Assembly (NCBI GenBank): GCA_020184695.1
Contig: JAANOX010000215.1
Coordinates: forward strand, 1-28,665
Direction: 5' to 3'
DNA length: 28,665 nt
From: Histomonas meleagridis 2922-C6/04-290x
Lineage: Eukaryota > Protista > Parabasalia
Under the pieces are notes generated by a model that ran no database searches, was not told the origin of the DNA, and saw only the letters and a program-made list of their open reading frames with translations. Made by a program: the position numbers and the translations under genes. Within the stretch, counting starts at the first letter, position 1. Every line of letters starts with the position of its first letter. Shown here piece by piece: positions 1 to 11,176 of the stretch.

Positions 1-1
1 T

Positions 2-265
2 TGTTTTATTTCCTTCGGTCCTTCTTCCAATAATTATTTTCTTTAGCTTTTGTTTCGCAACGTTTTCTGATGTATAACTTACTTTAACATAATCATTCAC
101 TGCGTCATAATCTTTAAACATAAATACTTCAGGTGTTGAATCACATACTAAAAAACATTTCTTTAAATCATTTATTGCTTCATCTCCGTTTAAATCATAG
201 TTTTTATTTTTTCTAATGTCCATTAAACAGAATTTGTCGTTTATGTCGATTGTAACTTCTGACAT
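2..265 (-). CDS. 5' part of a Maverick-associated ORF running off the window (MSEVTIDINDKFCLMDIRKNK...DSTPEVFMFKDYDAV...); possibly primase/helicase-linked
   Basis: Manually translated: 88 open codons from ATG at 265 to the window edge, pointing into the element. The product call rests on recalled resemblance to trichomonad Maverick proteins only. Confidence 0.5.
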   Translation of the reverse strand, partial: MSEVTIDINDKFCLMDIRKNKNYDLNGDEAINDLKKCFLVCDSTPEVFMFKDYDAVNDYVKVSYTSENVAKQKLKKIIIGRRTEGNKT

Positions 266-317
266 CTTTTTAGTTGCATTAAAAAATCAAATTACTACTT
301 TAAAACTAGACTTAATT

Positions 318-425
318 TATAACCTGTAACGTAACGTAACCTTGGTTTTTGCATCTCATGTTCTTTATTCTTCTTCTTTTTTCCAAAATGTCAAAGTTAC
401 AGGTAACGTTACGTTACAAGTTATA
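318..425. repeat. 25-bp inverted repeat of TAAC(G/C) pentamers (318-342 / 401-425)
   Basis: TATAACCTGTAACGTAACGTAACCT vs the reverse complement of AGGTAACGTTACGTTACAAGTTATA: 2 mismatches in 25, 58-bp spacer. Confidence 0.85.
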
Positions 426-1559
426 GTTAGATTTTTCGCACATGCTTATTTTAAACTCGACCGTTAATCCTAATTTTCAATCATCCTCTATCGTTAATGC
501 TTTCTTTTATGTAGCGCGGCTTGAAGCGAGCGTATCACGCGAAGCTTCAATAGCGCTGTGTGTGTGTGTGTAAAATTTATATGCGAAGCAATTGATATTA
601 TTGATCAATTTATATGATATTAATTAAGTCAAAAATGAATTTTAATGTAACATTGATATAAAATTTGTGTTGTAATACAAAGACGATTAAATATTTTACG
701 ATATTCTAATTCTTAATCGTGATTTAGTTTAATATATAATGATTGTTTCTTTTGATTCATTTTAATTAATTCAATGTATGCAATATAAGCTTACTACTTC
801 GAATCAAACATGGCGAAAATTGTAAATCATTCAAAATGAAATCTAATGAAAATTTCTTTAGAAAACAAATTGAGAGTATATTTTTGAATGCAAATTACAC
901 CTTATTCATAGTCTGCATATTGATTGAATGGGGCCTCCACTATTTGAATACTACCTATTATAAATTACCCATTGTTGTAGAACAGTACCGAAAGTGTCTA
1001 CGCCATCTAACTAACTTATAGTTACTGTAAAAAATGGCATACTGCGTAAAAAGTGGCAAACTCAATTCAAATATTCAAAAATCTACAAACTGACAATTAA
1101 ACAATAAACATTGGCAGTTACAATTCAAATATATGTACAAAAATAGAAGTCAATTTAATTACTAACATTATAGTAAAAAAACTTTTATTCACGATTTTTT
1201 TCACACTCTATATGACACATTGAAGCAATATTTCTTGCAATATTATGATGGATTTTCGAATTCGTCAAATATTCTGATGCCAAATTACATGCTGAAAGCA
1301 AATCAGGGTGAATTCCCATTGACTTGCATGTAATAGGTGAAGGTCTTGCCAAACAATTCGATTTTCTCCTCAAAATTTTCTTGTGGATTTATTTCATAAT
1401 TATTATTTTCTATTATTTCTTCTTCTAATGAATACGATAGTTTTCTATCCGATATGGTTTATATTTTTGCAATAAAAAATGTTGTAAAATCAGAAAAATA
1501 ATTCATTAAGGCATCTATCATTAAAGTTAAACGTGAAAAGATTTCATTAAATTTCGACA

Positions 1560-2800
1560 GGTCTTTAGGTACTATTATCGATTTTCCATTGTTTTTTTTC
1601 AAATTGACAAGAATAATCATTAGATCTTCAATTTTTATTAAATCTCCTACAATTGATATTCGATTTTTGTCTCCTAGAAAATAAAATCATCTTCAGGAAC
1701 GGCAAAAACGTGTATCAACTAAAGCTCTATTAAACATCATCTATGAATCCCAAACTGATATGATTCCTGCTTGTTCAAAAAATTTAATAATATTATTAAG
1801 AGTTGATCCCATTTGGATAGCTATAGAACTTTTTTGATTATAATACTTTGTTTGTTTTCTTAATCAATTTTTTCAATCCTTGATGCATAAGATTTTGTTG
1901 CGGAAAATACGCAGAGATCGAGAGCTTGAACTTGGTCCGGAGAGTGAGGGGGAGGACAATGTATTTCAATTTTATGTGAGAAACAAAAATCATCAAGTGC
2001 ATCACTAAAATGTGCTGTCATACTATCCATTAACAAATAAAATCTTAATGTGTTATCATTGAGTTACTCACGGTATGCTTCTAGGCGTTTTATTATTGCT
2101 GGAACAAAATTATTCATGCAATAATCTTCGAATATTAATTTATTAATGGAGCCATTTTTCTTAAAATAAAAAATGATTTTATTATTTGTGAAACCATTTC
2201 TCAAAACTTCTTGTTTAATTGTTTTTCTTCGATGGTTTTGCACAAGTTCCGTCACCAAAAATTGTTTCTATAAGTGTAAGACAATTATTCACTTTTTCAT
2301 ATGGGAATTGTAATGTTTTATTTTTATGTTATGATGGAACAACAACTGTTATTTGTCTCGTATCAGTCGCATCTGCATAACCCATTTCATCTAAATTTCA
2401 TATATATCCCATTGGTACTCCATCTAAACGATTTTTTATATGGAAAGAAGATATTGATCAATATTTTCTTTAGGACACATTACTCTATTATTTTCCAAGG
2501 GTTGAGCAATAGCAGATTTGATACGATTGTCTGCACGTAAAATCTGACCAAGTGAATCACCAGTAAGACCTATTTCTGTATATATAAATATGATGTCTGC
2601 TAGTTGTGAATATGTATAATGTTCACCTTCATAATATTTGACTTCAAACTAACTTGAATGTTAATTAAATGATCCATTTCATTATTTGTTAATATCCTGG
2701 GTCTTCCAATCTCTCTTTTCCCTTCAACTTTATCTTCGATTGCTTTTTGATATTGATCATATACGGATTATTTAGATCGGTGCAAAATACTACCTATCTG
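1560..2800 (-). pseudogene. pogo-type (DDE_1, DD35D) transposase pseudogene
   Basis: Manual translation gives GRPRILT (HTH), NLDEMGY (D1), LLMDSMTAH (D2), PPPHSPDQVQALD (D3, 35 residues after D2) and NIIKFFEQAGI. Several stops and frameshifts; boundaries approximate. Confidence 0.8.
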
Positions 2801-2929
2801 TTGAAATATAAGTTAAAATATATTTTCATTTTTGATAATTTTTGCTTCCCTTAAATAAAAAATCTGCTCTCGAATTGTTTTTTAAGTTGTCCAACTCAAA
2901 CATAATGATGTTACAGGAAGTTTGAGTTC

Positions 2930-3800
2930 TTCTGGTAAATTGTTGATCTTGCTCAATCTTTTAGCAGTGTTTACCAATGGAAAATGAAATTAATCTTTGA
3001 CCAAGGAGTTTTGACATCAATTATTTATTTTACACCATGGATTGCATCAATGTGTTTATATTATTCGTCACCACTTATTGTTGATTCAACTTTTACATCT
3101 GAAGGATTACCGATGATTTCTGTTGTCATTATTGATGGCTAACAACACACACAATTGATTGATATTGTAATTCGATTCACGGAAAATTTTAAAGGTTATA
3201 AATTTTCATTTGAATTTGTCAAAGATATAATAGGTGATATAAAAATCACTATTATAGCTGATATGGCAAAATGTATTAAAAAAGCATAAGATATAGTTTT
3301 TGGTTTATGTATTAATGTATTGTTTTCATTATATTAACGAAAATTATTCGAAAAACAACTTTCAGCTGAATTGTGGCATAACTTTGAAGATTTTTGTAGA
3401 TCTGAAATCCCATATGACGATTTTCAAAAATTCTGGATTGATGAAGAATCAGAAGTCAATAGTGAGTGCAAAGGATTATTATATTCGATGAATAATGCTA
3501 TTAATTTTGCGCCACTAAATAACATTCATGTCATAGAAGAGGTGTAATTTCATCACATAAAATCGAAATGTTTAATGCGGTACTCAAACAAAATGGTAAT
3601 GATGCTGTGCAAATGCTTTAACAAGCATTTACTGTTTCGACTTTATAATTCAATGAAGGACTTTTATTAAAACATGATGTAAATCAGATCATTACATTTA
3701 AGGCCAAAGAATTAGTTGATAGTTTTATACTACGTGGGGCAAATAATGAATATTGTCCATGTTATCTAAATAAATTAAATAATTTTATATGCAGCTGTAA
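2930..3800 (+). pseudogene. Mutator/MULE transposase remnant
   Basis: LIVDSTFTSEGLPMISVVIIDG (D1), ITIIADMAKCIKKA (D2) and YCFH (CxxH), with a Cys-rich tail near 3750. Heavily degraded; boundaries approximate. Confidence 0.7.
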
Positions 3801-4026
3801 TATATTAGATGTTTCAATGTATAGATTCGTAATTTATAAAGACTTCTATCCATTCAAAAAAAGTGAGTAAACAATTCAAAATTAAATAATATTAATAAAG
3901 TATTGCAACATAAAATTGATACAGAAAAATCATAAATAATATTTTAATTATCTTGGTAAATCGAAATTCTAAAAATTAAACTCATGTGCAAAATTGGAGA
4001 TTTAGTAAAAAAGGGTAAATTTAATA

Positions 4027-4983
4027 GTGACTAGGTGTATTCGATTTTTTTTCGTCAAATCAATGGGTTCAGCTCAAAGTGTTAATCAAAGCATAAAAAA
4101 AGCCCTTGATGAAGACTGGTCAATTAATCAGGTAAAAAAAGAATTTCATGTAAGTTATAAAAGAGTACATGCAATATCAGAGAACTCATCTCAAAATCAT
4201 CAAAAAGAGCGTCCATCAAAGCTAACGCCTGAAATGATAGATTATATAGAGATCAACTCATTGGCCAATGCAAAACTTACGGAAAGTGAACTTACAGCAA
4301 TGTTGAATAAAAAATTTGATGTTAATCTTAACAGAACAACAATTTCAATAAAAAGAAATGAGTTAGGATTCATATATAGATTTCCTTTAACTAGGCAAGC
4401 TGTTTCAGAACAACACAAAAAATAATAAGTCTCGAATTTTGCCAGTGGCTTCTAAATAATCAATCACAAATCTCAAACATAGTTTTTTCAGATGAATCCA
4501 GATTTTGTCAGTGTCCTGACAATTCCTGGAGGAGGATAAAACGCGGAAATTGGAATAGTACGTGTTTTGTCGAAAAGAAAAAGTATATTAATTCAATTAT
4601 GGTATGGGGCGCTATTGGAACATCATTTAGAACCTCATTATTGAGGTGTTCAAATGGTGAAGATTCAGATGAATATTTGACAATAATTGAAAAAAGTGGC
4701 CTGATTGAGACATGCGATATTCTTTATGGTAAACATAAATGGATGTTTATGCAAGGGGGTACTTGGCCATAATTCAGCATCAACTTTGAATGTCTTACAT
4801 GATGATTATTCCAGGGTGGCCACCAAACTCCCTATATCTCAATTCAATTGAGATCATTTGGGCGATAATTAAGAAAAAACTGAAAGAAAGAATAATATCA
4901 AAAGAAAATGATTCATAAAAAAATAATTCAGTACATATGGGAAGCATATGATGAGAATGTAATTAATAATTTAGTTAGGATTT
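4027..4983 (+). pseudogene. Tc1-like (DD34E class) transposase pseudogene
   Basis: HTH ORF 4027-4425, then IVFSDESRF, IMVWGAIG, WMFMQGG (D2 mutated to G) and WPPNSLYLNSIEIIWAIIKKKL. Frameshifted; no TIR found. Confidence 0.8.
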
Positions 4984-4988
4984 AATCC

Positions 4989-5355
4989 GGCGTTGCCAAT
5001 TGGTGCTGGATCTTGGAGGCGGAAGTATATTCCAATATCTTTCCAGTCACAAGAAAAAAGTTGCAACTGCTACAGCATTGACATTTCCGGGCTAAGAATC
5101 TGGAGCACCGAAGAAGATGAAAAGCTTTTGCAGCTGTGTGAAATGTATGGAAATTGATGGAGAGATATAGGTGATTAACTGGAAAGAACAAGGAACGAAG
5201 TGAAAAACGAATATCAAAACCTAATGCAAAGGAAAGCGAATGAAGGTTATGCTTCTCGGGCTGAATTATTTTTAATTGATCAATTAGATCGATTAGATAA
5301 TCAAACTAACTTTTACCAAGGTTTTGAGAGTTGGGAGCCTGTTCGGAAACTGTAA
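4989..5355 (+). pseudogene. Myb/SANT-repeat gene fragment
   Basis: IWSTEEDEKLLQLCEMYGN*WRDIGD*LERTRNEVKNEYQNL is a Myb repeat with two in-frame stops. A second degenerate repeat (GVANWCWIL...) lies upstream, across a frameshift. Confidence 0.7.
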
Positions 5356-5750
5356 CGTCTGAACCACCTGATATACGATTGTTGCTTTTGTATGTGCTAA
5401 CATAAATTGAATATGATTGTGCTTAAATGATAATTAATATTGACTAGTTTACACTAAAACCGTTTAAACTACAAAATCTCACATTATTCAAGTTCTTCTC
5501 GAGTTTCGATGATATTCTAGTAACAAGTTTTGATTTATGCACATGAGTGAATACATTTTTATGACAGTTTTTATGTATAGTTATCAAATAGGACCTATGT
5601 GTTTTTGATTGCTTTACATTGACGACCGTTTATCGACCGTTAATCCGGAGACCAAATCGGGTTAGAACATGAATTTTGATCGTTTTTTGTATTTTTTGCG
5701 AATAATTTGCGATTTTCTCAATCAATAAAGCAATATCATCAATCATAATA

Positions 5751-7003
5751 TAGGGAGGACGGAAATGTTATATCCTAAATATAATAGAATCGAAATAAAA
5801 GATTTTGATTATTTTTTTTTAGGTTTACTTATGATAGTAGTTACCTTTGTTCTTCATCACCCATTGACATCTTTCAATCCATCTATCAAAAACTTTTGCT
5901 AAAGTATCCTATGAAATTTCACACAAAATTTCAGTTATTTTATCGTGCAATTGTTGAAAATCATCGAATTTTTCTCTATCTAGTTGATTTTCTAAAAAAC
6001 CAAATAAAAAGAAATCTGAAGGAGCAAGATCTGGTGAATATCGTGGCTGTGGAGCTCTTTTAAAACCATTATCAACCAAATATTTAGTTGAAGCATTAGA
6101 GGTATGGGGAGATGCATTATCGAAATGTAAAACATATGGGTTTTCATTGAGCTTTTTTCTTTGTGTATATACAATTTGCTTCAAGGGTTTAATTATATCA
6201 TAAATAAAATACTTTGAGTTAAATTTTTCACCATCTTTCATAATATCAACTATAAAGAATTGATCAATATTCCAAAAGATAGTTACCATATATTTTATCG
6301 TGTCAATTTTTGTATCGATAATTTCAGGTAAATTATCTCTTGATTGTGACCACATATGCTTGTGATCATATGATAAGAAAAACCATGATTCATCCCCAGT
6401 TATGATTCTATGGAAACCTTTTCTCTTACTAACTTTTAAGATATCAAGAAGCTCAGTTCATATGGAACCACTCTTTAATTATTATAATGGAAGGTTAATT
6501 TATTGAGGTGATCATTTATTGTGGATCGTGGTATAGATAAGGCTACACTTAAAGTATATGTCGAATGAAATGGTTCCATTTCGAGTGCAGCCAAAATTTT
6601 TGAATCAATGAAATCAAGTACTGGTCTTCCTGGACTTTGAATGTTTGTTATTTCAAATCTCCCTAATTTAAATTGATGCACCCAATATTTTATGGTATTA
6701 ATATCGAGTGCATCTTGGTGATAAACATCATCTAACTTTTGTTTAATTTGGCTGAGTTTAAAGCCTTTACTTTTCGAAAAAAATATGACTGCTCTTTGTT
6801 CGACTTCCAGTAAAAATGAAAAATGTTTAAAAAAAATGACAATATGATAGTTTATTTTTGACATTTTCTTGATATATAGAATATTTCTGATCTCAAAAAT
6901 TATATCATTATTATTACAATCTTTTGTATTTATATATATATAATTCTTATTATAATAAAAATAAAAGGATCATATTTAGGATAAAACATTTCCGTCCCCC
7001 TTA
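5751..7003 (-). mobile_element. mariner element, 1253 bp, ~32-bp TIRs, TA TSD
   Basis: TAGGGAGGACGGAAATGTTATATCCTAAATAT at 5751 vs the reverse complement at 6972-7003 (3 mismatches); TA on both sides. The flanks rejoin to match the intact pogo TIR at 12216-12244. Confidence 0.9.
5825..6864 (-). pseudogene. mariner transposase (DD34D), frameshifted
   Basis: HTH with GRP, IITGDESW, LHFDNASPH and YSPDLAPSDFFLF; 34 residues between D2 and D3. Confidence 0.9.
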
Positions 7004-7229
7004 TATGACAATATTGTTCATTATTGACGAGGAATATACTGGCAAAATTATTTTGATTACATGTATAGATTTATGAATTTTGATATCATTTAAAAATTTG
7101 TAGTTATTGAATTATTATTATTATGTTCGAAATATTGCCAATATCACAGTCATCATTAAATGGCATATTTTAATCATATAAAATTTGCTCAGAGTTTATT
7201 TATTCTCATTAGTTTTTGAGCCGGAAACT

Positions 7230-7578
7230 TCTGATACATAGGTTTCGTATTGTCGTAAAATAAGGCGCCAGAATATTTTCGATTCAATATATCATTGATG
7301 CTTGAGTCATATATTATTTTAAAGTCTGATAATATTTTGCCCATCTGGGGAAAAATATATTATTAATGTCTGCACCTAAATGTACATGTGTTGATAGAAA
7401 AAGAAGATAGAGTTTAGTGTATTCAGCTGTGATACATGTTACTACAGAAATATAATGTAAATCTTGAGTTTCTTTCGAAATAAATATGGAATTATGTCAC
7501 ATTCTTTTTCCTATATCAGGCCTCCTTCCAAAACCTGTTTCATCAAAATTTAATAGAAGACTCGGGTGTGGTAAATTT
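7230..7578 (-). pseudogene. 3' fragment of the split pogo transposase (DDE start)
   Basis: LPHPSLLLNFDETGF...HYISVVTCITA...YMTQASM, with in-frame stops; D2/D3 region absent. Confidence 0.8.
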
Positions 7579-7733
7579 GGGTACACTTCCAGAGCACACG
7601 GCGCTCATAAACAAATAGCACCCTCTTTGAATAAGTATCAGTACTGATATAAACGTATTTATGTAAAGCTAACGGAATAACAAAATTATCATATAAAATA
7701 AATACAATACAAATAAAATTAAGCAAAACAAAT

Positions 7734-10032
7734 TTATTCAATCGGAGGGAGTTCACCCTTTCGAATAGCTTCTAACCATGCTTCTTTAGCTTTGCATTTT
7801 TTATAATTATGCCCAGTTTGATTACATATTGAACAATGCTTTAATCCAAACATTGAGCCACCTTCTTGAACAAATTTAAGTACTTCACCTTTTCTGGGGC
7901 ATCTTTTAGTATTATGCGGCTTTGAACAAATGAGACATTGACGCGGATTAACTTTTTTCGTATTTCTATGAATTTTACCTCTTCCGGCTCTAATTCCTAT
8001 TTCATCAGTAGCAATCTGTTCTATTGATTCATTATTTAGTTCTTTTCCTAGAGAATCTAAAGAAGCCATAGCTTTTTCGAATTTATCCTGACTTCTACTT
8101 GCCAATTCATATAATGGTGTTCCCTTTGCTTGAAGTAAAACAAATCTTTCTTGAGGACTTAAATGTGTGTGATTCTATAAATAATTTCTACAAAAGATTT
8201 TGAACCTTCATGATGATAAATAAAGTTTTGCTGATTTAGTACCCATCTGTTTGCTATTTTAATATTATCTATTACGCTTAAATTATTCATTTCTAGAACA
8301 TTAATTATATGTGAACATGGGATACCAACTTGTAATTGTTTATTGCAATTACAGATTAGATCACGGACTTTAAATATCTCATAATATTTTTCTCCATTTT
8401 TTAATGTGTATTCTTCATTGAATATATAATCATCACAGAGAAGCATTCCTTTTAATGTTTTGGCCTTTTTCCATGATCCTGCGATCGCTTCTGCAATTGC
8501 TTCAGAAACATTTAATTTTGACATAATTGTAATTACATTTGGTTTTTTTAATTTATGTGGTTTTACTCCTATAATATACTTCCTTTCATTAAATGATTGT
8601 TGATGACTTTCAGTAATAAATAAACGAACTTCTTTTAAACTTAATTTTCTATCTGGTAATATGTTTTTTAGTTGACGATTTGATGACTCTGCAATTGAAC
8701 TAGTATTATAGCAGCAAGTAAAACTATTAATGAGACTTTTGCATATTGAATTCAACTTTTTTGATACATTATGCCAAAAACAAATAACACGCTGTATTTT
8801 ATTGATCTTTTTTTTTTTACTCATTATCATCTCCCTTTTGTATTAAAGTAAATGCTCCATCAAGACCAACATCATCATCAGAACAAATTGTTTGTAAAAT
8901 TCCTGCACTTGAAAGTTCAGTGCATATTAATTTTAATATCCAATAAAATATTTCGGCCTTTAACGAATATGTATAAATTATACCTGCACTTCTAATTTCT
9001 CTCTCAGGTCCAATGACTGTTAGAGGAATAATAGACCAATTTGTTGTCAAACTGGCAAATGTTGGATCGATTGCAAGAAAATCAGAATATAAAGATAAGT
9101 TTTGAAGTTGATATTTAGTAAAAGTTGCAACTGGTTTTCTATGAATAATATTTTCATCATCTACATTCTCAAGAACAAATGTTTGTCCTTCAATTGAATC
9201 CAAATAATCAATTAATTCCTGAGTTTCTAAATATTTATTATGACATTTTAATTTTTTATTTTTGAAAATAAATACTATTAATTTGTTCCTGAGACAATCT
9301 AACCAAATATTGAATAGAAATAAATTGTAAAACTTTATTTGGTTTAATCCCAATATCTAGCATATTGCATATTGATTTTTGGATTTTATCATCTAATGCT
9401 AAATGAGCATATATAAATGGATTAAGATAATGATTGTGATGTAAATTGAAACTTGTAACATGGTATTTTTATTTATTATCAATTATATATGAGCCGATTC
9501 TTATTTTAAACTCGCATCCACTATTTAAATCATCATTTTTTCCATAATTTGTATGCTGATTGCAAAATAATGTTAATCGTTCTTCTTTAATTGATCTTTT
9601 TCGAACTAACTTAAAACCTTCTTCACAAGTTTTTTTAGATAATATTTCAACAATACCCGACATTGTATCCTCAATTAAAATTTGTAAATTATTTGGGTTA
9701 CAAAACGAATTTATTTTTGAAATAAGGTGAATATCTGCTTCTTCTTTAGTAATAATTTTCACACTCTTCACCTCAATATAAATTTCCTTCAATTGTTGAT
9801 TGAATTTAACAATTCCATCAACTTCAACATAGTCTTCTATGTTAATTTCTATATCAACTAGTTTGTCATACGAACAGAGGATGCATTTCGGAAAATCATT
9901 TGAATTGGAATCATATTCTTGTAATCTGAATTTATTCTTCGTTACGTTGCTAATCCTAACAATAACACCACGCATTTTGATTTCAGTGTTAATATTTAAT
10001 GCCTTGATGCTAGATATTGGGTTAATTTCCAT
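7734..10032 (-). pseudogene. MULE transposase: putative OB fold + FAR1/WRKY-GCM1 Zn finger + DDE + SWIM + 2 CCHC knuckles; disrupted
   Basis: TLFC...SGCEF...NLHHNH; LAIDPTF (D1), ICSDDD (D2), ICFWH, IAESSN (E); CNCNKQLQVGIPCSH (SWIM); CLICSKPHNTKRC and CSICNQTGHNYKKC. Split over four ORFs by stops and frameshifts. Confidence 0.88.
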
Positions 10033-10519
10033 TCCTAAAAAAATAATCGAAAATATCAGTCATAGTTTTGAGGTTTTTGATAATATTCAAATTATATGTT
10101 TTATTTCAATTAAGAGGGTGCTTGTTTCTGTTGTTGTAGACGGAAAAGATTCGAAATTATTTAATTCCTGTGTAAAATATTCAAAAAGTGGAAATTAAGC
10201 AGTTAAATGGTCGGGGGTTACCGATAAAGCAAAGTGGCAAAATAATATGAATTTTTGCTGTTTACCAGATGGACAGAAAAGATTCGAAATTATTCAATTT
10301 TCGTAAATAAACTATTCAAAATAATTTAAATGTATATTTGGTCTCTTTATCGATGGCAAAAGTGTCAATGAATTTGATGTGTCTACCATCTGGACAGATA
10401 ACATTCGAAATTATTCAATTTCGGTATAAAGTATTGAAAAATAAAAATAAATCGAAATTCACATCAAAATTTTAATAAATTGAAAATATTTCAATATCAA
10501 TAATAAATAAATTATACAA

Positions 10520-10525
10520 TCATTT
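10520..10525 (+). promoter_or_regulatory. Trichomonad-type initiator (Inr) TCATTT
   Basis: Lies 6 nt before the ATG at 10532 and matches the TCA(T/C)T(T/A) Inr consensus. Short motif in AT-rich DNA, so chance occurrence is possible. Confidence 0.45.
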
Positions 10526-10531
10526 TTAAAA

Positions 10532-11176
10532 ATGAAAGCTGGAAGAAAAGCAATGCAATTTGATACTGATTGGCTCATTCAAACTGCCGTTGACATCGAA
10601 AACGGAGTTACGACATTAATGGAAGCCTCCAAAAATGCCAAAATAGTACAAAAGGACAGGTCAGGGTTCACGCGCATAAGGACACAAATTGTTAGCCCAG
10701 GAGCTATTAAAAGAGGTTTTGAAAAACTGGGGCTAAAAGTCGATTTTCGAAGAGGAAGAAGAGAGACCGTTATCTTGGAGCAGTTTAGAGGAACGATACT
10801 ATCGGTGCAAAAAGAATCGGGAATGGGAGCAACCAAAATTTATGAACAACTCGTTGCAAAAGCTCCCAATAACCAATTATTCAAAAAGATTACTCATAAT
10901 ATGGTATATAAGACCTTAAAGAGTAATTCTCTTTTGAAATATACAAAACCGAGTCAAGTTCCTCAAAAACAACGGTGCCGATACGAAGCCGATAACCCCG
11001 ATTTAATATGGCATACGGACCTTCACCACTTTGATGGTCAATATCTTATAGCATTTATTGATGACTATTCAAGGTATGTTGTTCATCATGAATTGATTCC
11101 AGCTGGTAGACACATCAAATTCATTGACACTTTTGCCATCGATAAAGAGACCAAATATACATTTAAATTATTTTGA
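10532..11176 (+). pseudogene. IS481-family DDE transposase, C-terminally truncated
   Basis: HTH (MGATKIYEQL) and RYEADNPDLIWHTDLHHFDGQYLIAFIDDYSRYVV (rve D1). The native sequence stops at ~11098; the last ~25 codons come from an inverted copy of non-coding subterminal DNA. Confidence 0.85.

Larger units (their letters stand above)
1..571. mobile_element. Right terminus of a Maverick/Polinton-like element ending in (GT)n; element continues left of the window
   Basis: Ends ...TAGCGC(TG)n at 571. About 130 bp are colinear and homologous, in inverted orientation, to the (AC)n-starting end at 23997 that leads into a Maverick integrase. Polinton termini are known to be short-period microsatellites. 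Confidence 0.75.

Noticed and set aside
457-470. Shared TCGACCGTTAAT word at 457, 5633 and (inverted) ~22385-22396
   Set aside because: Only 12-14 bp with no extension; cannot be separated from chance without a genome-wide count.
9839-10198. Antisense ORFs such as 9839-10198, 10579-10836, 11310-11666, 19739-19981, 28263-28493
   Set aside because: Shadow frames opposite recognisable genes, hydrophobic/Ser-Phe rich, with no motifs.
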